From the NCBI RefSeq assembly GCF_009914755.1, contig NC_060925.1: a stretch of 64,000 bases of DNA; one strand, given 5' to 3'. The notes below the pieces were generated by a model. It had not been told where the DNA came from. It was given only the letters and a program-made list of their open reading frames with translations, and ran no database searches. This document shows, in pieces, positions 1 through 15,719 of the stretch (the stretch's first letter is position 1; each line of letters opens with the position of its first letter). A program made the position numbers and the translations under genes. This DNA comes from the human T2T-CHM13v2.0 reference genome, Homo sapiens.

Positions 1-532
1 TCTTTCTGTGATGATTTAAATGGAAGTGTAATACAATCTCTTAAACTTTCATAACTTAGTCCCACCCCAAACTTTCCAGAAATCAGTCAGGAATTCTTGT
101 GGGAATATCAAGTGAGAGGCAGTACAGGATAATGCAACAAAGGGAAACATATAAAGGGAAATGATGGAAAGTTGGGAAAGAGAACAGAGACATATGAATT
201 GAATAGTGACTGAGCATCTAACACACTCATGCTAATGAGTGGCTTCTGAAATTATGTGGTCAAAATAAAAGAGCTGGACTCCACGTTCTTGAGCTTGGCA
301 TTCAGTGACTATGATTCATATTTTAGGTCTGGAGCAGACTAATGAGTTATGGACAAACTACAAGCACTCATTCTGTTTTAGAATGGCTATGATCTTTTTG
401 TCAACTCTTCATTTATCACTTAATAATATTAATCACCACTTCCCAGTCTTCATCCATAATATGGTAAGTGCTACTCTGAGCCACAAGCGAGAGTTATCTC
501 TACCCAGAGAACATTCCATTTAAATTAATCAA

Positions 533-543
533 GCGTGTGCGCG

Positions 544-583
<40 letters not shown>
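533..583. repeat. (GC/GT)n-(CA)n alternating purine-pyrimidine microsatellite
   Basis: gcgtgtgcgcgtgcgcgc followed by ~16 CA units, read directly. Confidence 0.95.
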
Positions 584-584
<1 letters not shown>

Positions 585-709
585 TAAAGCTAAAGCTAAG
601 AGCTCCCTCAAAGAGAAGGAATGCCAGGGTGGGGCAAAAGTCAATGCCTTAAAGTAGTTAAAGTAAACACGCTAATATCAATAACAAGAATACCAACAAA
701 AAACTTAAT

Positions 710-925
710 ACTATTTATTTAATGTCTACTGTGTGGCAAGCACTGTGCTAGGAGCTTTATATTGATTCTATACAGACTCTGTGAGTTGAATATTCTTATC
801 CCTGTTTTACAGATGGAAAATCAAGTCTCAGAGAAACTAACATTTTCAGGCTCCAGACCTAGTAAATGATAGAAACAAAGTTAAAACTCAGTTCTTCCTG
901 ACTTTAAAATTTCTGTTCTTTCCAT
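710..925 (-). mobile_element. MIR SINE
   Basis: Reverse MIR core: atttattt..ctactgtgtggcaagcactgtgctagg..cctgttttacagatggaaaa..ctcagaga. Confidence 0.7.
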
Positions 926-1699
926 ATTAATCAGAGAATATGGTGGAGAAAATTCTGTTCTGTGAAGGAAGCGGATTGAAAATAGAGAAAAAAAGATTAA
1001 AAACTTACAGAGTCCTGGAAATATTCCTGAGCTAGAAATGAGATTTAAATTCTATTTTCTACTATTTTACTAATTAACTTTATAATCTTAGGTAAGTCAC
1101 TCACTTTATCTCTTCAGGCTTTGGTTGTATCATCTATGCTACCAAATTAAGGAGATGAATTTAATGCTGTTAAAGATTGCTGTTAAAGACTGCCCCTACC
1201 TTAGGTTTCTCTGTGGAAGATGCTATCTGAGCGAGGCCGAACAGCCAAATGGAAAACGATATGTCAAGCATTTCAGTTGTAAAATTCCTCGGCTAAGTCA
1301 CATTAGAGTATCTTGGGCTTCGAAACTGGGCTGCACCTTCTTTTCTCTGCTCCATCTAGCGTGATTGGATCTGCATAGTGTATTCCAGACTAACTTAAGT
1401 AACCACCCTTGTGGATAGGAATAGTCACTCAGACACTCAAGCGCAAAGGCACATAAGGTCAAAAATGTGTGTGAAATTTCTCATCTGAATGAACCAAGGA
1501 AGAAGCAGGGGATAGAGACACAAAAGAGAAAAATAATTTATCTTCTCTGTAAAGGACTTCTAAGATCTTTCCTGGTATTGAGAGTCCATAGATCTATGAA
1601 ACCACTGCTATAAACAAAACTGAGTGAATATCATTCAAACTGAAATGTGTAATGAAATGCCAATTACCTATAAAAATATGACAGTGAGATCAAAAGCAG

Positions 1700-3985
1700 G
1701 TTGTTAATCAGGAACAGTAGATATCAGAAGTCAATGGAGTAATATATTGAAAGTACTGAGAGAACATAATGTAAAACTAGATTTTTTTATTCAGCTAAAC
1801 TATTGTTTAAGAGGGAAGGAGAAAAGTACAGTTTACCACATACAGATTCTCACTGAAATAATTAGTAAAGATGTGCTTCAGAACATTGTTGTTTTTAGAG
1901 ACAGGGAGCTCTCCTGACGCTCATGCTATTATATAATCCTCTCTCTGTCTCTGTTTTTGCTACAAGGTAGAATCCATAGGGCTAAGGGGATGTGCTCACT
2001 GGGAACCTGCCTCTCCTTCTAGACCTTGGTCCAAATACCTAGAACACCAGAGTTTTCCACCAGAACCTGGGACTACTTACAGGTCCCACATGGATCTCTT
2101 TCCCCAGAGGGAGATACCACCAGTGGTCACACTTCTCAACTGAAGAGGTAGCTGAGAGGTAGCTGTTTGCAAGGGTTCTAGATGGAACTATGTATATGTG
2201 TGGAGATAACTACAAGCATGTATGTGAGACCCTTAGTTGTGTGAAGTAAAGCCAGGATGAGAACAGAATTGGTGTGAGCTGCAAAACAAAAGCCAGGGGC
2301 CCACTCTTTCCAAGCCATGACTTTCTGGTTTGGGATTCCAAGAAGTCTAAGAAATCTAAATTTGAACCTGGCCTTCTAGGTTGTTAGGAGGATATATTTG
2401 CCAAGAAAGAGGATAGAGCATCGTGTATTTAACAATTTGTGGGGCTTTATGTACAGTTGCGTGGAAACAAATAGCTCTACAAAGAGAAACTTAGAACCAT
2501 TAACGCAGGAGTTAACAGTTATGTAAATAGTACACAGGGAGCACACAAACAGCTAAAGGCTGAATGGAATTACAGTACAGAAGTCCCTCTACAGTATAAA
2601 AGCCTCTCTACAGTACAAAAGCCCCTCAAATTTCAAACACTCATGGAAAGAGCTAAACTACAGTCTAGGAAAAATAATAATAAGTGAGTGGTTGTTCACA
2701 ATCTATATTTTAGCTTGGACATTTCAGGTCCCAGTTTGTCCACTAAATGCAAAAGCAACGGTGGTATCCTAGTGAGAAGAGACAGGGGCTTGTGGTAGGG
2801 GAAAAAAACTTCTATGTATGTAAAAATATGTATGGTATGTGAGCTTCTTTATATTCTTGATCAACCCCCTTGAATATTAGGGGAAGCCTAGAAGAAAAGA
2901 GAACCCACAGGGAAAGCATGGAATGCAAAAAACAACAGAGGTTATGAAAATTAATAAAACATACCAGAAAATTAATTAATGTGACTATAAAAATTCTAAT
3001 GATGAGCTTTTGTGGGTTAAAAATGGTAAAACAAAAACATTAGGAGAGTTTGTCAATGGGGTGTTAAAAAGTGCTAGGATCCTATTATACAAGAGTAGGA
3101 TGTAAATACTGAACAATTTTATAAACCATTCAAAAATGTAGAGCTAATTCTGCACTGTAAAATTATAAAAAGTTTAAGGTAATCACTAAAGAAATAGAAA
3201 TACTTAGTTTCTGGACTAACAAAAGAAATTGGGAATAAATGGAACTTTAATCCAAGAGAAAACAGGAAAAGAAAAAATAAAGCAAAGAAATAGTGGTAAA
3301 CTGAAAAACACAAAATAAGACAAGAAGAATAAATCCACAATTTAATAATTAAAACAAATTTAAATACAATTAAGTCACCTATTAAAATATAGAGATTAAC
3401 TGTTTAGATAGTAGAAAAAGAATAAAATCTAGCTATATGCAGCTTTTAAGACACACAACTGAAGTAAAACCATGCAGGTCGGAAAAGGAATTATGAAGAA
3501 AAGATGTAACATGTAAATTCTAACCAAAGTAAAGATTATTTTATGTTAATACCAGATAATATAGAATTAAAAACAAAATAGTAATTATGAATAAATTGTG
3601 ATACAATATATGGAGCAATCAACCAAGTAGCAATAATAATCACAAATGCATATGCACCTAAAAACATAGTTTCTAATACATAAGAAAATATTTGAAATAG
3701 ACACATCTCCCATCAAAACAAATCAAAAATAAGCAAGGTTAGAGAATATTTGAACCACACATTACCAAGTTTGATCTTATATCCATATTTCTGTCTTTGT
3801 ACCTATAGAGTTATCTTCCTTCCTTTAGTTAGAAAATATACATTATTTTAAAGAATGTAAGATGTATTTTAAAAACTAACCACACAGTAGCATAAAATTA
3901 AAAACTCAATAACAAAAGGGTAACTAAAGTACTCCATGTGTATAAAATTTTTAAAAACACATTTAAATAACTCAGAGTTTAAGAA
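1700..3985 (+). mobile_element. Ancient L1M fragments (ORF1 end and ORF2 endonuclease region), interrupted by other sequence at ~1900-2890
   Basis: agaagtcaatggagtaatatattgaaagtactgaga resembles the ORF1 C-terminus; 3340-3900 resembles degenerate ORF2 5' region. Confidence 0.5.
2571..2627. repeat. 3 x 19-bp tandem repeat (tacagtaYaRaagYcYctc)
   Basis: Units at 2571, 2590 and 2609 read directly. Confidence 0.85.
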
Positions 3986-4511
3986 TGCATAAGGAGCTCA
4001 AACAACTCTATAGGAAAAAATATACAATAATCTGATGTTTCAAATGGGCAAAAGATCTGAATACACATTTCTTAAAAGAAGACACACAAATGGGAAATAG
4101 GCATATGTAAAGGTGCTCAACATCATTGATCATCAGAGAAATTCAAATTAAAACTATAAGATATCATTTCACTCCAGATAAAATGGCTTTTATCTAAAAG
4201 ACAGGCAATAACAAATGCTGGCAAGGATGTGGAGAAAAAGAAACCCTCATACACTGTTAATGGGAATGTAAATCAGAACAATCACTATGGAGAACAGTTT
4301 AAGAATGAATAAGACCTACTACTTGATAGCATGACAGGGTGACTATAGTCAATAATAACTTAATTGTACATTTTTAAATAACTTAAAGAGTGTAATTGGA
4401 TTGTTTGTAACTCAAAGGATAAATGCTTGAGGGGATGGATATCCCATTCTCCATAATGTGCTTATTTCACAGTGCATGCCTGTGTCAAAGCATCTCATGT
4501 ACCCCATATGG

Positions 4512-4551
<40 letters not shown>

Positions 4552-5650
4552 ACACACACCCCTACTATGAACTCACGAAATTAAAAAAAAAAAAACTAAA
4601 AATAGGGCAGGTGCGGTGGCTCACACCTGTAATCCCAGCACTTTGGGAGGTCAAGGCAGGTGGGCCATCTGAGGTCAGGAGTTCAAGACCATCCTGGCCA
4701 ACTTGGCAAAACCCTGTCTCTACTAAAAATATAAAAATTAGCCTGGCATGATGGTGGGCACCTGTAATCCCAGGTACTCTGGAGGCTGAGGCGGGAGAAT
4801 CACTTGAACCCAGGGAGGTGGAGGTTGCAGTGAGCTGAGATTGCGCCACTGCACTCCAGCCTGGGTAACAGAGCGAGACTCTGTCTCAAAAACAAAACAA
4901 AACTAAACAAAACTAAACTAAACTAAACTAAACTAAACTAAACTAAACTAAACTAAACTAAAATTAGAGCTACCACACAATCCAGCAATTCCACTCCAAG
5001 GTATAAATACAAAAGAAAGGAAATTAGTATATCAAAGGGATATTCTGCATTCCCATGCTTGTTGCAGCATTGTTCACAATGGGCAAGATTTGGAAGCAAC
5101 GGTTGAACAGATAAAGTATGGTACATATACACAATGGAGTACTATTCTGCCATAAAAAATGAGATCCTTTCATCTGCAACAACATGGATGGAACTGGAAG
5201 TCATTATGTCAAATGAAATAAGCCAGGCACAGAAGACAAACATCGCATGTTCTCACTTATTTGTGGGAACTAAAAATCAAAACAGTTGAATTCACAGACA
5301 CAGAGAGTAAATGGATGATTACCAGAGGCTGGGGAGGGTACTGAAGGGTGGGGGTGCAGGGGAGTGGGGATGGTTAATAAGTACAAAAAGTAATTAGAAA
5401 GAATTAATAAGACCTAGTATTTGACAGCAAAACGGAGTGACTACAGTCAATAATAATTTAATTATACATTTTAAAATAACTAAAAGAGTATAATTGGATT
5501 GTTTATAACACAAAAGATACATGCTTGAGAAGATGGATATGCCATTTACCATGATGTGATTATTAGGCATTGCATGTCTGTATCAAAGCATCTCATGTAC
5601 CCCATAAATACATATATCTACTATATACCCACAAAAATTTAAAAATTTTT
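3986..5650 (+). mobile_element. L1MA-type 3' end with a second L1MA 3'UTR fragment (4300-4590) and an Alu nested inside
   Basis: ORF2 C-terminal homology 3986-4300 resumes at 4962; 3'UTR motif aataagaccta..gtgacta..gtcaataataa occurs twice (about 4308 and 5407). Confidence 0.85.
4605..4960 (+). mobile_element. AluS (Sx/Sz-like) with (AAACT)n tail
   Basis: Full dimer 4605-4887; tail 4888-4960; TSD-like aaactaaaa(a/t)tag on both sides. Confidence 0.95.
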
Positions 5651-6264
5651 TTAAAAATCATCTACATAAAATATAAATGATGCTCAAAAAATTAAAAACA
5701 ACAATTTATGGTTTAAAAGAGAAATCATAAAGAAAATAGAAATATATTTACAAGAAAATTATAATGAGAATACTAAATTTTGTAATTTGTTAGAATATAG
5801 CGAATGTGATACTATTGTGGAGGCAAGTAAAAGAAAAACTTAACCCCCAAAAAAGCAGAAAATTAATAAAATTTGAATACACAAATATATAGAGAATATC
5901 AGAAAGGAGGATACATACATAGATAAAATTAATTTATAAGGACGTAATTATACTCTAAGCCATTTTTAATAAAATACCTAACATTTAATTTTACTTGAAG
6001 AAAAAACAGAAATTAATTTGTAAACTTGAGTTAAAAATTTCTATATGCCAGAGCTGCTACATTTTATAAGCTCTTTTAACATTAAAGGAACTATATGAAG
6101 ATAATTATATTAGTGTTATCTTTTTCAGAAAACTGTATTTTCAATTTTAGTGTGAATTGCCTCTCTTCCACCAAAAATGAAACAATTATTACTAAACTTC
6201 TTTTAATCCTCCTACCATCTTTTTTCTGTTACTTATAATATTTTTACTTGTTTAGGGATTATAA

Positions 6265-6598
<334 letters not shown>

Positions 6599-9554
6599 TA
6601 ATTTTGTTCTATTTTTAAATGGATTTAATACCCCATCAGTTTTTGTTTTAATTTTTATCAGTTTTCCAAGTCAGGGTTCTTCATTTCTTTAAACATCACT
6701 TAATTGTCTGTTTTGTTTTATTGAATGTTTTGCTTAAGAATTCTTCACTGGAACCTATAATCCTTTACTTTTTTCATATATGCGGTATTTGCATTTTCTC
6801 CTATTTACCTAAATGGCAATTTGGCTGGGTTAATGTTAGACCCAAGAATAGAATTCTGTAGCCATTGCTTCATTGTCTTCTGGATTTTCTTTCCTCCTTG
6901 GTAACTTACTTTTTCTGCCTAAACATCTAAAGCAATTCCTTCAAAGTTTTTTTTTTGTAGTTTGATCATTTAATAGTAATTTATTTTTTAAAAATGTTCA
7001 GATAGGAATAATTTTGCATTATTACTTCTTAGTATATAAAATTCCCTCTCAATTTTTTTCTTCATTTCAGGAAAATTTTTGTCATTGTGGTATATCTTTA
7101 CATCATAGTAGCTCTTTCCTTCAGGGATACCAATTGCCTTTATGTTATATTATCTTTACTTTTTCATAACTATCATCTCTTCCAATTGCTTTAATCTCTG
7201 ATCCGTGACCATTTCAGTGTATCCCCCATGCCATAAATACAGTTTTTGTCCATGTCTATTTCCTTCCTTGTTCTTATTATTATTTACAAAGTCTATTGTG
7301 CTATTATTTCAGTTCATAATCTGTTTCATTAATTCTATAACTTTCATCTCATTCTTTTGCCTCATCCCATTTTGGGGCTCATAGTTTTACAAGTTATTTT
7401 CTATAATGAAGAACTGAGTGGGAGTTTCCAGGCCAAGACAAGTACAGAAGCAGGAACACAGCTTTTCTCTTCCATGTTTCCTAAAAATGAACAAAAATTA
7501 TTTTTAAAAGGCCAAAACTATGTGTGTGTATATGTATGTGTGTACGTGTGTGTGTGTGTCTTCATGAACATGAATTGTTACATCTTTGAAATGGTTTACT
7601 CATGGTCCTGGAGATCAAGAGGATAGACTTCAAAACTTTTAAATGTCTATTCTATGATTAAGTAATTAAAATAATTTAGTAAAAGCATTGTGTTATCTGA
7701 ATTTTATAGTTGTGTGTGTGTCCACATAAAAAACCCACATTTCTAAAAGGAAATATTGCAGCCCAATACAATCTTTTAATCTAGTTCAATTAGGTCACAT
7801 CAATTCCATTGAAGTCAAATTGGATCAGTTCAATTTAACTGGATAAAACTACTTGCTCTAATCTTGGTTCACTTTCACATTAGGGTGAAAAAGAAAAACT
7901 CCAGCTCCAGATAATACCTTTCCGCTGTCAATATTTTCTCTAGCTACCCTCCCATTCCTCCACTTACTCACTTGACTAGCTTTTTCCAGCCCTCATCTCC
8001 TGCATCTTTGATCTGTAGGCTTTGTGACCCAGCTTCTGTCATCTGCTTTAGGTCTCTTTTTGTTTTGACAATCTATTTGGACCAGTTTCTGTGTTTTACC
8101 AATTTTAGTCCATTTCACTAATCTGTTGACTTTTTAGATCCATTAAATTTTGATAACACTGCAACTGAAAATAAGAAACACTTTATTCAGCTAAAGACTC
8201 GTTCTAAAATATTCACCACACTGCCAGAGGTAGTCTGTACAAATGTGTAGCTTGGCCTCCTTACAAGTATATAAGGCACTATGTTGGGGTAAGGCATAAA
8301 ATTGTAGAGAAAGACCATGTGTACTGTGCACTAAGAAGACAGTGATGCTTCAACCTGTTCCCTACTGTATATCTCAGTCCTTGATACTTTGCTCTTAATA
8401 TTGAGACCCAGAGCTTCCACTAACTGGATAGAGCCAGAAAGACTAGCCCAAGTAGAATTCCTTTTATGTGTGGTAATGTAATTTTTAAAGAACACATTGG
8501 GTGAGGCAGGCACATACTGAGGACCAGCAACAGTCCAAAGTGTCTCAAAATAAATTACTTTCCAAATAGTCCAAAGAGATAGATAAGGCAGAGAGACTCT
8601 ATATGGCTGGTAAAAAGTTGGCATCAAAGGCAGATGATTGACTTGAACTGCAGTTCGTTGTATTTTTATGCTTTGATTGACAGTCTTCTGTTATTTTTGG
8701 TGAGGCAGAAAACTCAAATTTTGCCTTTGGTATTTTTTTCTTCACTTTGTTATTTTTTCAAGCTGTGGTAATGCAGTATTTTTCAAAACTGAGAAAAAGC
8801 ATTAAGTCATCTTCTCTATTGCTCTGGCCAAAGCATTATTTTCTGTGATGTGTATTCTAAGACATTTATGAACTAAGTTAACCTTAAGTTATGGTGGTTC
8901 CCTTGTTATTGTCTTTGAGACATGACTCCCAAATTTAGTTATTATTATTAGATATTTTTTCTGATTCTGGTCATCCTTGATTAATTTCCAAAATTTTTGT
9001 TTCTATCCCTGAATCACATCTATCTCTATTATGCTGTGATCTTAATGTGAAGTTATGCTCTTAATGTTAAGAAAGGCCTTTAAGCATTTCAATCACTTAT
9101 CATTGCTGAGATTAGAGACATGTGCATATAAAGGAATGCGACATTATAATATTTGACTGAGCACTCACCAATCCCTAAAATGTGACATCAGTTTAAAGTA
9201 ATTATTACCTTCAATGGTAAAGAAACCATTAAAAGATAGCTTGGTGGAGAGTGTATTAGGACAGTTCCAAATCTTTATCATGGTGAGGAGAGCAGGTCAT
9301 CAGCTATTAGGCTTAGCATTTACAAGGTCTTCATTGAATTCTTTGGGGGTTCTACAGGGTCTTTTCATTCTTTCTGTCAAACCTTGAATGTTTTCCACAC
9401 CTGTGTGACCTCTGGTAGTTGCTCAGTTCAAAACTTCTTGATAATTGTTCTTCCCCAAGTAGTTGTATTCTGCCAGGCCTTGCAGAGTTTTGCCCTGAGC
9501 ATTTGCAGCTTTTGATTCAGTCAAATTTTCAATACAAATTTCTGGAGCACATAA

Positions 9555-10720
<1,166 letters not shown>

Positions 10721-10724
10721 AAAA

Positions 10725-10895
10725 ATATATAAATAATATACATACATAATATATATTATATATTTATATATATCATTATGTAGTATATTATATACTATAT
10801 AATATATAAATATGTGTAATTATACATTAAAATGTTTATTTTATGTATATAAATTTATACATATTATATATAATATATATAAAACTAATATATAT
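10725..10895. repeat. (TA)-rich low-complexity tract
   Basis: Almost purely A/T, largely alternating sequence. Confidence 0.85.
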
Positions 10896-11115
10896 ATCAA
10901 AACAATCTTAAGAAAAACGAACACACACTATTAGATTGCAAACTTAACATAAAGTTATGATAATCAAGAGAGTGTAATATTAGATTTATAGATATTAAAT
11001 ATGTGATATTTAATAATGGACAAGAATTAAAATCTTATAAAGTTATTGCACAGATTAAATGACACAATGCATGCAAGGTGCCAAGATTGCTGGGTTCATA
11101 GTGTATGCTCCATAA

Positions 11116-11683
<568 letters not shown>

Positions 11684-12649
11684 AAAGGCAAATGGTTTTC
11701 TAATCCAGCCTTTAAAAAAGTTTTGACTGTGGAAAGCATTTCCTAGTTCTCTCTTGCATGTGTTGTTTTGTTTCGCTTTGCTTTGCTTTCCTTTGTTTTG
11801 TTTTGATGAGTATTACTCAATACTCATCAATAATACATACTTCCTCATCAATAACACACTATCCATTTCTTTGTCCAATAAGAAAAGGAAATTCTCAAAT
11901 TGAAGGGAAAAGTAAAGATCTCTGTGATATCAGTTCAGTCTTCTTTTTTAAAATCCTGATATCCTATTCTCAGTAATAAAAATGGTAATATTTTGGCCCC
12001 AAACTAACAGGCCACTCTATATAAATGCTGCATATGTTGTTGAAATATATTGCCTAAGCAAGTCACTGGAAATTATATAATTGGTCAAATGAAATTTCCA
12101 GCATCAATAGGAAAGTTTTAATATAATTCCTCATTTCAAAATCTCACATTGCCAGTGTTGACTTAACAGCCAGGGAACTTCAGTGCGTAAGAGCAGGGTT
12201 GTACAGTTGCTTCCATTTCCTTACACAGAATGTTAAAAAGACATATCAGTCACTGTCATTTAATCATATTTGCACTGTTTATTTCAATATTTCAATCAAG
12301 ATCAAGTGACATTTTGCTAACCATTAAATACTCTGGGAAAATATAATAACCATAAAGATAAGGAGAAATAGCGTTCTCTAGCAAGTTTCAGTAAAGTTAC
12401 TGCAGTTTAGCTAATCATTTTGTGAGTTTCATGAATAATCAAGGCTTTAGTGTCTGCCTAAATAGTTTAGAATTTAGAAATAGAGATTTTAAAGAAGGAA
12501 AGATCTATGATAGACTCCTTCATTAACCACTAACCTCTGAGATTTCTCTGTTATATGCTCTCATAGCACCATAATGTATGAAAGCTGTATAAATGTAATA
12601 AATGTGGGATGTAAATGATGTGTGAATAACATGTAACAGTATTTATGTG

Positions 12650-12800
12650 GTATTTGTGTATTTATTATTTCTCTTTCCCACTGAACTGGGAGCTCAGAGA
12701 GGGCAAGCACTATTTGGTTTCGTGTTCTATAGCCACTGATTAGCAGAGTGCCTTGCACATACTGAGGTTTCAATACACATTTCTTGAACATGTAAATAAG
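12650..12800 (+). mobile_element. L2 3' end
   Basis: cccactgaactgggagctcagagagggcaag..tagcagagtgccttgcacatactgagg..caatacacatttcttgaa. Confidence 0.7.
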
Positions 12801-13084
12801 TAAAACAGTTCAAATTAGAATAGAAATATAAGATAAAAATTAATATGAAAATTAAGCTAACCATCTTTCATATAATTGCTAATGAGCTATTAAAAGATTG
12901 GCATATAAATTACAGCATTTCAATGTTCTCTTTAACTTATTATTTACCTTTTCCAAAGTTGAACAGATACATTTTATTTTGGCTTATTTAGACTGTACAT
13001 TGCTTCAATCACATAGGTAACAATAAGTAGAAAGATGTATTATCTCTATTTTGAGCTAAATTGTCCATAAAGATTTTTCTTGAA

Positions 13085-13975
13085 TCAGAATCTTAGCTAA
13101 CAAATGAAGAAGGAAATCACATAATTAGAAATCACCATTTTTCAAACTATAATAAAATACTGGAGGTAAACAGTGATCATCAATACATACTAAAATAATT
13201 AGATGAAAAATTGATGGAGAACATTATAGTAGATGGCTCAGGCTGATAGTACCTGAACCCACTGATCTTAATATCACAAAAAATAGTAACAATTTGACAT
13301 TTTGTGAGTACTAGTGTGATGTATTAGAACATTCACAACATTATCTGTGAAGTATTTTTGCCAAAATACATCTTATAAAGCCTCTAGATCAAATTTCTGG
13401 TTTATAGACGCTACAGGGCATAGAGGAACATGTTAGTGACACTGCAGAATGCAATAACAAAGTCCAGACTATGGGAAATTCTAAAGATTTTTTTCCTCAG
13501 AATAAACAGCTCAGTTTCCTCCACAAGTATATGTCAAGGGGAAAAAAGAGGAAGAAGAAACCTGTAGTTTAAAAGATCCTTAAAAGACACATCAACCAAA
13601 GGCAATGTGTAAACACTTCTGGATTCTGATTTGAACAAACTGTAAAACAAAACAAATACAAAAATAAGATAATCAGGAAAGTTTGAATACTGGCTGAATA
13701 TTTGATCAAATTAAGGAATTACTTGTCTATTGTTTTAGGTGTGATAATAGTGGTGGAAATCTTTTAGAGACACACACTGAAGATTTGTGGATGAATGATA
13801 TGTAGGATTTGTTTCAAAATAATCTAACTGAAGGTAATTAAGGGATGTATAGATAAATTATGTTTGGTCATGTTTGATAATTATTGAGATGGGTTGGTAG
13901 GTATACGTAGATGTATTATAATGTTCTTGTTACTTTCATATATGTTTTAATGTTTCCATAATAAACAATGTAAAA
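13085..13975 (+). mobile_element. L1ME-type 3'UTR
   Basis: Characteristic gacacatcaaccaaaggcaatgtg..ggattctgatttgaacaaac and terminal tgtttccataataaa. Confidence 0.65.
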
Positions 13976-14009
13976 AGAAGGAAAAAACAGGCAGAAATGA
14001 AGATTGAAC

Positions 14010-14260
14010 AAAGTACAGTGTTGTGATTCAGAATATAGCTCTGGAATCAACTGCCTGAGATTAAATTCCAACTCTACTACTTACCAGCTGAGGGACTATG
14101 GTGACTAATAAATCTTCTTGTGCCTCAGTTTCCTCATCTGTACGATGGGGATAATAATGGTACTTGGCTAACAAACTTGCCAAGATTCGGGGAATTAATA
14201 CATATAAAGCATTTAGAACAGTGAGAGATAAACAGTATGTGCTAATACATGTTAGCTATT
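14010..14260 (+). mobile_element. MIR SINE
   Basis: tgcctcagtttcctcatctgtacgatggggataataatggtac core. Confidence 0.85.
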
Positions 14261-15719
14261 TAAAAGCAAAGTTATCCTAATTAGCAATTAGTTTTAAAGC
14301 TTAACTGGAAGACTTTTCTTTGTGCCAACTTCAATCACTTGGTAGTAGCTTCCTAGAGTCTTGAGAAGAATATGATTTTGAGACCAAATGTGGACACAGC
14401 AAAAAATAACTTACACTTAGGTCTGCAAGGGTGGGAAGAGTGGGTTTATGTGGAGGTATTTATCAACCTCTTTCTATCACAGGCAGTTTTCATAAATTAT
14501 GGAACTTTGTAACTAAACTAATCTACTTTATCTCTTTCTTTTACTGAAGAGAGACTTGAGTCCAGAGAAGTCAAGTAATTTGCTAAAAATTATACATTTG
14601 GCAATTAAATGGTCCCCAGAACCCAGATCTCAAGGTTCCAGTAAGACAAGTGATGTGTCTCATATCTCAGCATTGCATCTGTGGGGAAATTACATTCATT
14701 CATGAAACCAATTATGACTATAATTGCAAGGCATCTTATTTTGAGATTTGTAAAGTGGTTCTAAAAATTGAGAAACATAGAAAGAAATCTGTGCAGTGGG
14801 GTTGACAAGGGTTGAAGCAGACAACCAGAGCATCACTCCCTGGCTAGCAGGAAATTGAGTCATTCTTCATCATTCATCCTGTTTTGCAAGGTCAAGTTTC
14901 CAAAGGATTTTGGAGGTCAAACTGTAGGCAGTAAGGCCTATAAGCCTCTAGGACTCTGGTTGTCTCCCTTATTTGACCCTTCATGGCTGTTGAGACCTAT
15001 CTGTATGGTCACTCCAAGAACTCAGTAATGACAGTGACACAGATCATTTCTGAGGTCTGTTTGGAGGTATCTGAAAATATCATTGATTTGCCTTGAAACT
15101 AAGGCAATATTTGTTTTATTTGAGTGTCCTAACTGTTCACAAGGAACATCCAAAGTAAGCATATTCTTTCCCAGCAACAGTTTTCAAGAAGGACTGTAAA
15201 TTTCTTGCATTGCCAAGAACAAAGCTTTAATCTGTGAGGCATTTGGGAGGTAAAGAATATTTCAAAGTCATATTCAAACCTCTGTCTTAAAAGTTGTTCT
15301 TGGGAGATTTCAGCGGCTGAATTACAGAAATGTTTACAAGGAATTCAAAATCGAAGCTATTATTCAAAACATTGTTTTTCAAAGGTGCTATTGATTAAAA
15401 TGGGCCTTTACAAAGGTCTATGAAACCCTTTTCATGTCTCCTCACCCTGTAAATTGTTGATGGGAAAGAAAACTATGAAGCAGTTACTACTCATAGAGAC
15501 CACTGGCACACAGCGAAGCATTTTCTAAACTAAGCAGCAATTTCAAAAGATTTTACTGTCTTATAAACGTTTCCCAATGGCAAATATGCTTGCAAGAGAA
15601 CCATTGTTCTAGCAATGATTGAACTATTTACAGTCTCTCTTGACATCATGTCTCTCTACATATCCTTTCAGACATTTGTCACTATTCTTTGCTACTACGA
15701 TAAAATTTGATAAGCAATA

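Noticed and set aside
2571-2627. Short repeats as a CRISPR-like array
   Set aside because: Units are directly adjacent with no spacers, in a human repeat-rich context with no cas genes
8331-8627. 98-aa minus ORF in apparently unique DNA
   Set aside because: No recognisable homology and no convincing splice or promoter context
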